A DNA stretch of 36,930 nucleotides from Dehalococcoidia bacterium (GTDB taxonomy: Bacteria; Chloroflexota; Dehalococcoidia; DSTF01; JACRBR01), in the NCBI GenBank assembly GCA_041494685.1, contig JBGQBE010000029.1, positions 1 through 36,930 of the forward strand, given 5' to 3'. The translations under genes and the position numbers were made by a program. Below are positions 30,463 through 36,930 of the stretch, piece by piece. A model generated the notes under the pieces. It made no database searches. It saw only the letters and a program-made list of their open reading frames with translations, and was not told where the DNA came from. How positions within the stretch are numbered: position 1 is the stretch's first letter; every line of letters begins with the position of its first letter.

Positions 30463-33400
30463 TCAGCCCCGGCTGGTGGCTTCGCGGTAGAGCTCGTTGA
30501 GTCGTTCTGTGGGCTCTTCGCCAAGCTCATCCTTGAGCAGCTGGCGGAAACGCCGGTAGTGCCGGGCGGCACCCGTCGCGTCGTTCAGGGAGAGATAGCA
30601 ACGCATGACGCCGTAGGCGGCCGCTTCGCTGTACGGGTCCACCGCGTCGAGCACCTTGAAGAGCGTCAACGCTTCCTCGAAGACGCCTTCGCGCAGCTTG
30701 CGAGCCGCCAGTTCGTTCACCGCTTCGATGTAGCGGTCTTCAAGCTCGCGGCGCAGAGGCTCCACCCACTCGCTGTAGGCGGATGCGAGGTACGCGCCCT
30801 TGTAGAGCGCGACCGCTTCCTCCAGCTTCGCCACTCGGACCGCGTCGTCCCGGGCGACCTCCGCGGCGAGCATCGCCTGGTTGAACGCGTCTACGTCGGA
30901 CGAGTACGCGCCCCGCGGGTTCAGCGCGTAGCCGCCATCGGCTCCGCGCACGACGCACTCGTGGAAGAGCGCGCGGCGGAGCCGGTAGAGGCTGGAGTGG
31001 AAGTTGCTGTTGCACTTCGACTCCGGCAGCTCCGGCCACAGCGCGGCGAAGATCTCCTCCTTGCCGACGGACTCACCGCGTGCGAGCAGGAAGAAGAACA
31101 TCTCCTTGCTCTTCTCGCTGCGCCACTCCAGGTCGGACACCTGCCGGTCGCCGACCAGCACGCTCCCGCGCCCCAGGGCGAAGGCGCGTACCGGCGGCAG
31201 CATGTCCGGCGGCGCATCGCGCATGGCACGGCCGCTCGGTGCGGCTTCTGGCCTTCGGCCGCCTTCCGCCAGATCCCTTAGCAGCCCTTCGGCCACGTGA
31301 CGAACTGCGGCATACTCCAGCATCTCCGTCGCCCGCACGGCATACGGGCGCAAGAAGCGGCGATATCCCAGCTGCTCGCAGAGGCGGGTAACGTTCTCCA
31401 ACTCCGCCATCGCCTTCCGCGGCTGGTGACCATCGAACAGCGCCCGCGCGCGGAGGAACGCCGCGATCGCCATCTGGTGCCGGTTGTCCGACGGCTCGAG
31501 CTGGCGCGCCGCGAGGTCGGCTGCCTTCTGGGCGGCGATCGCGTCACCGCGATCGAGGGCAATCTGGGCGTCGACCAACGCGTGCTGCGCGATCCTCGCC
31601 GGCGGATCGGACGGTTTCGGCGCCAGGCTCTTCGCGATCTGCGCGGCCAGTTCGCCCTCTCCGAGGCTGAGCCGCGTGAGCGCGAGGCCGTAACCAATCT
31701 CCGTTATCAGGTACGCTTGTTGTAGGCCGGCGCTGATGGGCTCGACCTCCTGGTAGAGCGCCAGGCTCTCTTCGAAGCGGCCCATGCACCGGTACGTCTC
31801 GGCCATGCCGGCCGTCATATAGGCCTCCTGCTCCACGTTCCCCGTTCCGCGCATGAGCCGCACGCCGCGCTCGTACACCTGCAACGCCTGCTCGAACTCG
31901 CCGATCTCATAGTGGACCATACCCGTGTTGTTGAGCGTCAGGCCGAGATCGAACGTGTTCCCCGCGCGTTCGAACGCCGACTGCGCACGCTGCAGCGCGC
32001 CCAACGCCAGCATCGGGTCGCCGCGCATGCTGTAGCACTGCGCCAATGAGTTGCAGGCGTTGCCGATGCCTTGCAGATCACCCACCTGCTCCAGCATGCG
32101 GCGCGCTTCCTCCAGCTCATCGATCGCCGCGTCGAAGTCGCCGCTCAGGGTGTGTGTGACGCCGATGTTGCGCAGCGCCTGACCCATTAGCGCCGCGTCA
32201 TCGTCGCCTTCCGCCTCCAGCAACGCGCGCGCCTGGCTGAACGCGGCCAACGCCTCCCCGGCGAAGCCCTTGCGACGTAGCAGTTCGCCGCGCACGAAGA
32301 GCGCCCTCACCATCGCTTGCACGTCGCGATCCTGTCTCAGCGCCCGGATCGCGTCGTCGACGCGACGGAGCCCGTCGTCGAGTTCGAGCAGCTTCAACGA
32401 GGCGCGGGCTCGCCACACCTGCAAGTCCGGGCGGGCCGCCTGTGCGGCGGCGGGGAGGCGGTCGATCCACTCGGCCAGTCCACGCGCCTGTCCCTGCTGT
32501 ACCAGCCGCGGCGAGATCTCCTCCAGCGTCTCAGCCGCCTGCGTCCACTCCTCCAGTTCGAAGAGCAGCTCGACCGCCTCGTTCAACATGCCGAAGCGGG
32601 TGAGTGTCTCGGCGGCCTCGCGGCCGGCCCGGGCGAAGCCGTCCGGGTCGTCGGTGCGGAACTGCTGCATGAGCAGCGTGCGCATCAGTTGGTGGCAGCG
32701 GTACATGGGCGGTTCTTCGGCGTGCTGCGTGACGAAGAGGACGCGCGTCGCCGCTTCCTTCAGCAAGCGCTCGCTATCGCGGCGGCCGGTGACGTCGTTG
32801 CAGAGCGCCGGCGTCCACACGGCGAGCAGCGAGATGCTGCGCAGGAACGCGCGCAACTCCGGCGGCACCATGTCCAACGCTTCGCCGTGCACGTAGTCCG
32901 CCAGCGAGAGGCCGACGTTCGGCCCGGCGATGCTGCCGGCTCCGCCGGCGGCTTCCTCGCCCGGCACGCCGGTGCGCCCGGTGCGCGCGTCGCCCGCGCC
33001 GAGGATCAGCGCAGCCGCCCAACCCTCCGTGCGCTCGAACAGCGACTCCGCCTCGTCGTCCGATACCGCGCGGCCAAGCGACCCGAGCAGTTCCCGCACC
33101 TCGCGCGGCGTGAACGCCAGATCCGCCGCGCCGATGCTCATGACCTCGCGCCGCGCGAGCAGGCGCGAGAGCGACGGGATGGGCGGACGGGTGCGCGAGG
33201 TCATGACGACGTGCAGGTTCTCGGGCGCGCGCTCCAGCAGGTAGCCCAGCGTCTCCATCACCTCGGCCGAACCCTCGACGGTGTGTACGTCGTCCAGCAC
33301 GAGGACCACGTAGTCGTCCTGCTCGGCGATGGCGTTGATCAGCACAGTGGCGACCGTGCGCGGCTGCCAGAAGCGCTCGTCGCCGAGCGGCACGACGGTA

Positions 33401-33696
33401 TCGAAGCGGGTGCCGATGGCCGATGCGAGCGCGCGCGCGAACGCGGGAAGTTCGGCGTCCCAGGGGTCGAGCGAGAGCCAGACGGCGGCGAAGTCGGACG
33501 TCTGGTGCCAGTCGACCACGAGCGTGGTCTTGCCGTAGCCGGCGGGCGCGGCGATCAACGTGCCCTTGCCGCCGACGGCCGCATCGATGAACGCGTTGAG
33601 ACGCGGTCGCCGGACGACGTCGGGCCGCCGCCGCGGGACGGCGAACTTGGACGTCGCGACGCCCCCGATGCCCCCGGACCGCGGCGCGTTCTCCAT
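30463..33696 (-). CDS. MalT-like STAND ATPase - TPR - winged helix - BTAD transcriptional regulator
   Basis: SKFAVP..R..VVRRPRL, APAGYGKTT, LVLDDVH, TEGWAAAL, YRCHQLMR; multiple TPRs (ALRNIG, CNSLA, TLNNTG); WRSEKSKEMFFFL...LWPE...LYRLRRAL; DVDAF...LYKGAYL...DPYSE...MRCY...LKDELGEEP. TATAAT lies 8 nt before ATG. Confidence 0.92.
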   Translation of the reverse strand: MENAPRSGGIGGVATSKFAVPRRRPDVVRRPRLNAFIDAAVGGKGTLIAAPAGYGKTTLVVDWHQTSDFAAVWLSLDPWDAELPAFARALASAIGTRFDTVVPLGDERFWQPRTVATVLINAIAEQDDYVVLVLDDVHTVEGSAEVMETLGYLLERAPENLHVVMTSRTRPPIPSLSRLLARREVMSIGAADLAFTPREVRELLGSLGRAVSDDEAESLFERTEGWAAALILGAGDARTGRTGVPGEEAAGGAGSIAGPNVGLSLADYVHGEALDMVPPELRAFLRSISLLAVWTPALCNDVTGRRDSERLLKEAATRVLFVTQHAEEPPMYRCHQLMRTLLMQQFRTDDPDGFARAGREAAETLTRFGMLNEAVELLFELEEWTQAAETLEEISPRLVQQGQARGLAEWIDRLPAAAQAARPDLQVWRARASLKLLELDDGLRRVDDAIRALRQDRDVQAMVRALFVRGELLRRKGFAGEALAAFSQARALLEAEGDDDAALMGQALRNIGVTHTLSGDFDAAIDELEEARRMLEQVGDLQGIGNACNSLAQCYSMRGDPMLALGALQRAQSAFERAGNTFDLGLTLNNTGMVHYEIGEFEQALQVYERGVRLMRGTGNVEQEAYMTAGMAETYRCMGRFEESLALYQEVEPISAGLQQAYLITEIGYGLALTRLSLGEGELAAQIAKSLAPKPSDPPARIAQHALVDAQIALDRGDAIAAQKAADLAARQLEPSDNRHQMAIAAFLRARALFDGHQPRKAMAELENVTRLCEQLGYRRFLRPYAVRATEMLEYAAVRHVAEGLLRDLAEGGRRPEAAPSGRAMRDAPPDMLPPVRAFALGRGSVLVGDRQVSDLEWRSEKSKEMFFFLLARGESVGKEEIFAALWPELPESKCNSNFHSSLYRLRRALFHECVVRGADGGYALNPRGAYSSDVDAFNQAMLAAEVARDDAVRVAKLEEAVALYKGAYLASAYSEWVEPLRRELEDRYIEAVNELAARKLREGVFEEALTLFKVLDAVDPYSEAAAYGVMRCYLSLNDATGAARHYRRFRQLLKDELGEEPTERLNELYREATSRG

Positions 33697-33746
33697 CGAA
33701 AGAGATTATACGGCCGCGAGGATCACGCTGTCGCCGGCCGGCAAGC

Positions 33747-33770
33747 AGAAAGGCCCGCGTTAGCGGGCCT
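33747..33770 (-). terminator. Intrinsic terminator after clpX
   Basis: Minus strand AGGCCCGC-TAAC-GCGGGCCT-TTCT. Confidence 0.75.
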
Positions 33771-33803
33771 CTGCTGTCTGTGTTCGGTTGCCTGTCCTGG
33801 CGG

Positions 33804-35120
33804 CTACGCCGACACGTCCTTCACTTCGGGCTCTTCCGGCGCGGCGTCTTCGTCCGCGCTCTGCCCGCTTCGCGTGAGCAGCAGCGGGCGCTGGCGGTTG
33901 CGAATGGTGTCGCCGCTGACGATGCACTTCTTGATGTCCGGCCGCGACGGGATGTCGTACATCACTTCCATCAGCGTGTCTTCCAGCACGGTGCGGAGGC
34001 CGCGGGCGCCCGTCTTGTGTCGGATCGCCTCCTCGGCGCAGGCGCTCAGGCCGTCCTCCGTGAAGCTCAGCTCCACGCTGTCCAGGCTGAAGAAGCGTTG
34101 GAACTGGCGGGCGAGCGCGTTCTTCGGCTCCGTCAGGATGCGCACCAGCGCCGGCACGTCCAGCGATTCCAGGCTGACCACCATCGGTAGGCGGCCGACG
34201 AACTCCGGGATGAGGCCATAGGTCAGCAGGTCGTCGTGGGTGACATGCTTCATCAGCTCGTCGGTGCGCTTCTGCTGGTCCATCAGCTTGTACTCCGCGC
34301 CGAAGCCCAGCGAGCGCTTGTCGCGGCCCAGGCGCCGCTCTGTGACCTTGTCCAGCCCCTCGAAGGCGCCGCCGCAGATGAACAGGATGTTCGCGGTGTT
34401 GATCTGGATAAAGTCCTGGTGCGGGTGCTTGCGGCCGCCCTGCGGCGGCACGTTCGCCGTCGTGCCCTCGATGATCTTAAGCAGCGCCTGCTGGACGCCC
34501 TCGCCCGATACGTCACGGGTGATGGACGGGTTGTCGGACTTGCGGGCGATCTTGTCGATCTCGTCGATGTAGACGATGCCGCGCTCGGCACGCTGCACGT
34601 CGAAGTCGGCGGACTGGATCAGGTGCAGCAGGATGTTCTCGACGTCCTCGCCGACGTAGCCAGCCTCGGTCAGCGCCGTCGCATCGGCGATCGTGAAGGG
34701 CACGTCGAGGATCTTCGCCAGCGTGCGCGCCAGCAGCGTCTTGCCGGAGCCTGTCGGACCGAGCAGCAGGATGTTGCTCTTCTCCAACTCGACATCCGAG
34801 TTCTGCCCGGCCGACGCGGTGATGCGCTTGTAGTGGTTGTAGACGGCGACCGAGAGGACCTTCTTGGCCTGCTCCTGGCCGACTACGTACTCGCTGAGGT
34901 TGTCGAAGATCTGCTTGGGCGGCGGCGTGCGCTGGCCGGCGCCGACCTTGGTCTTCGCCGGTCCCGCCGCTTCCTCGTCGATGATCTCGCGGCACAGCTC
35001 GACGCACTCGTCGCAGATGTACACCGCGCCCGGGCCCGCGATCAGGCGCTTCACCTGATCCTGGTTCTTTCCGCAGAACGAGCAGTGGTACTGGACGCGC
35101 GTCTGACGGCTGTTAGCCAT
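33804..35120 (-). CDS. clpX: ATP-dependent Clp protease ATP-binding subunit ClpX
   Basis: CSFCGK...[50 protein letters not shown] loop and GARGLR. Confidence 0.98.
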   Translation of the reverse strand: MANSRQTRVQYHCSFCGKNQDQVKRLIAGPGAVYICDECVELCREIIDEEAAGPAKTKVGAGQRTPPPKQIFDNLSEYVVGQEQAKKVLSVAVYNHYKRITASAGQNSDVELEKSNILLLGPTGSGKTLLARTLAKILDVPFTIADATALTEAGYVGEDVENILLHLIQSADFDVQRAERGIVYIDEIDKIARKSDNPSITRDVSGEGVQQALLKIIEGTTANVPPQGGRKHPHQDFIQINTANILFICGGAFEGLDKVTERRLGRDKRSLGFGAEYKLMDQQKRTDELMKHVTHDDLLTYGLIPEFVGRLPMVVSLESLDVPALVRILTEPKNALARQFQRFFSLDSVELSFTEDGLSACAEEAIRHKTGARGLRTVLEDTLMEVMYDIPSRPDIKKCIVSGDTIRNRQRPLLLTRSGQSADEDAAPEEPEVKDVSA

Positions 35121-35180
35121 GCTCAGTGTCCCCTAGCGACTCGCATCCCCATTGCGCGCGGGCGATGCTTGATCATGCCG

Positions 35181-35210
35181 ATTCTACGCCAGCCATTGCC
35201 ACTTTGTCAG
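35181..35210 (-). promoter_or_regulatory. Internal promoter for clpX
   Basis: CTGACA, 18 nt, TAGAAT in the 205-nt clpP-clpX gap. The -35 lies within a TGTCA-gct-TGACA inverted repeat. Confidence 0.55.
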
Positions 35211-35325
35211 CTTGACACCGGCCGTGAACCCCGCGCGCGGGCGTCCTACAAGGTTTTCGGGAATCTGGAAGCCCGTCTGAAGTGTAAAACGGCTTCCGGC
35301 CCCCGATATAACCGATGCTTGGGTG

Positions 35326-35940
35326 CTACCCCTCCCTGCGCGCCAGGATCTCGTCGATCATCCCGTACGCCTTGGCCTGCTCCGGGTTCATGTAGAAGTC
35401 GCGGTCGAAGTCGCGGCGGATCCGCTCATCGTCCTGCCCGGTGTGCTTGACGAGAATACCACGGATGATGTCGTTCTCTCGCAAGATCTCGCGGGCCTGG
35501 ATCTCGATGTCGGCCGCCTGACCGCGCGCGCCGCCGAGCGCCTGGTGCATGTGGACCGTGGCGTTCGGCATGCAGTAGCGCTTGCCCGGCGTCCCCGCGC
35601 ACATCAGCACAGTGCCCATGCTGGCGGTCATACCAACGGCGTAGGTCGCGACGTCCGGCCGGACGAGCTGCATGGTGTCGTAGATCGCAAGACCGGCGGT
35701 GATCTGGCCGCCAGGCGAGTGGATGTAGAGGTTGATGTCCTTCTCCGGGTCCTCGCGCTCCAGATAGAGGAGCTGCGCGATGATCAGGTTGGCGATCTGA
35801 TCGTCGATCCCGGTGCCCAGGAAGATGATGCGCTCGCGCAGCAGCAGCGAGTAGATGTCGAACGCACGCTCGCCGCGGGCGCTGGTCTCAATGACGGACG
35901 GGATAATCATGTCGTGTGCCCTCTCCATGCTGGTGTCCAT
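35326..35940 (-). CDS. clpP: ATP-dependent Clp protease proteolytic subunit ClpP
   Basis: [22 protein letters not shown] (Ser), MHQ (His), RDFY (Asp). Alternative start 35910. Confidence 0.97.
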   Translation of the reverse strand: MDTSMERAHDMIIPSVIETSARGERAFDIYSLLLRERIIFLGTGIDDQIANLIIAQLLYLEREDPEKDINLYIHSPGGQITAGLAIYDTMQLVRPDVATYAVGMTASMGTVLMCAGTPGKRYCMPNATVHMHQALGGARGQAADIEIQAREILRENDIIRGILVKHTGQDDERIRRDFDRDFYMNPEQAKAYGMIDEILARREG

Positions 35941-35942
35941 GC

Positions 35943-36930
35943 CTATTCCTCGGTGGATTCCGTCGGCACGGGTTCTGCCTCTGCGGCCTCGGCCGCGGCG
36001 GCCGCCGCGGCCTTCGCGCGCGTCTTCTTCTTCGGCTTCTCGGGGGCGGCCTCCGCGCCACCATCCTGCGTCGCGATCTCAATGAGGCGGGTCAGCGTCT
36101 TCCGCGTCAACAGGTTGCGGCGGATCGTCGCGCGCCCGTCCTCGCTGGCGAAGAGCTGGCGCAGCTGCGCCGACTGTACGCCCGCCGAAGCGGTCATCGT
36201 GTCGATCTCCGCCTCCACATCCTCCGGCGTCACTTCGATATTCTCGGCTTCGGAGACCTCCGACAGCACCAGTGAACGCCTTAGGCGAACGTCCGCGATC
36301 GGCTGAAGCTCGGCGCGCACTTCCTCCTCGGTCTTGCCGATGCCCGCCAGGTAGCGATCCAGGCCCTCTCCCCGCTCGATATGGCCGGCCTGGTCGTGCA
36401 ACAGCCGGTCAATCTCGGACTCCAGCATTACCGGCGGGAACTCGACCGTCGCCTGTTCGACGAGCTGGTTGAGGATCTCGTCGTGGTAGCGATTGTCGCG
36501 CTGCTCCTCTTCGGACTTCTGGATGTCCTCGCGGATGCGCTGGCGCAGTGCGTCCACCGTCTCAAAGCCCTCACCCACCTGCTTGGTGAACTCATCGTCG
36601 AGGTCGGGCAGCACCTCTTCTTTCGTCTCGAGGAGGGTGACTGTGAAGTGCGCCTGCTTGCCGGCGAACTTCTCACTATTGACCGTTTCGGGCACGGCCA
36701 GGTCGAATTCGAGCGCATCGCGTTTCTTGTGGCCGAGCACCTGTTCTTCAAAGCCAGGGAAGATCACGTCGCGCTCTTCCACCAACTGCACTTCGGCTTC
36801 CTGCTGCTGGACCAGGATCTCGTCCTCGACCGTCGCGGCGATCTCCATGCGCACGACATCGCCCCAGGCGATCTCCCGCTCGATCGGCTCCAGCGTGGCG
36901 ACACGGCGGCGCAGGATCTTCAGCGTCTCG
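35943..36930 (-). CDS. tig: Trigger factor, 5'-truncated by the window edge
   Basis: The frame stays open to the window end ([26 protein letters not shown]...). [19 protein letters not shown] and LPDLDDEF. tig-clpP-clpX order. Confidence 0.95.
   Translation of the reverse strand, partial: ETLKILRRRVATLEPIEREIAWGDVVRMEIAATVEDEILVQQQEAEVQLVEERDVIFPGFEEQVLGHKKRDALEFDLAVPETVNSEKFAGKQAHFTVTLLETKEEVLPDLDDEFTKQVGEGFETVDALRQRIREDIQKSEEEQRDNRYHDEILNQLVEQATVEFPPVMLESEIDRLLHDQAGHIERGEGLDRYLAGIGKTEEEVRAELQPIADVRLRRSLVLSEVSEAENIEVTPEDVEAEIDTMTASAGVQSAQLRQLFASEDGRATIRRNLLTRKTLTRLIEIATQDGGAEAAPEKPKKKTRAKAAAAAAAEAAEAEPVPTESTEE

Noticed and set aside
23775..33700. Genomic island integrated at the tRNA-CAT 3' end
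   Set aside because: No integrase, no duplicated tRNA 3' end seen, and no obvious compositional shift.
1239..36472. Numerous long antisense or alternative-frame ORFs (e.g. 1239-2546, 7771-9006, 16082-17749, 32317-34221)
   Set aside because: Shadow ORFs expected at high GC. They are Arg/Ala/Pro-rich, lack motifs and overlap well-supported genes.

Overview
This is a high-GC chromosomal window, probably from a Chloroflexota (Dehalococcoidia-like) bacterium; the assignment is inferred from the rplI-dnaB-dnaD-double-AAA+ dnaC operon, the tRNA-Arg(GCG) and the gene repertoire. Housekeeping content: purL, dnaB/dnaD/dnaC, rplI, an EF-G paralogue, an LCP protein, PGI/PMI, a CoA-transferase, an LLM oxidoreductase, bcp, mshD-like, osmC, four tRNAs and tig-clpP-clpX. 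No mobile element or CRISPR array was seen. The most interesting part is 23.8-33.7 kb. (1) An unannotated 28-aa hydrophobic peptide gene (MSRFIPTALAAFTVLATAFVAVAPWGFG) with a strong RBS and terminator lies directly behind a MalT-like ATPase-TPR-wHTH-BTAD regulator, a candidate peptide-signalling pair. (2) A secreted GH3 domain lacking the catalytic His is fused through a TM helix to a cytoplasmic OmpR-type winged helix, a candidate one-component glycan sensor; it sits next to a degenerate GT4 and a degenerate GGDEF protein that retains its I-site. Other notable items: a tandem triplet of small Met-rich NTF2-like paralogues, a LexA-like box in the helicase-operon promoter, an unannotated 21-aa Lys-rich peptide, a stand-alone ClpX-type zinc finger, and many apparently leaderless genes. 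All calls come from reading motifs by eye; no database searches were run.
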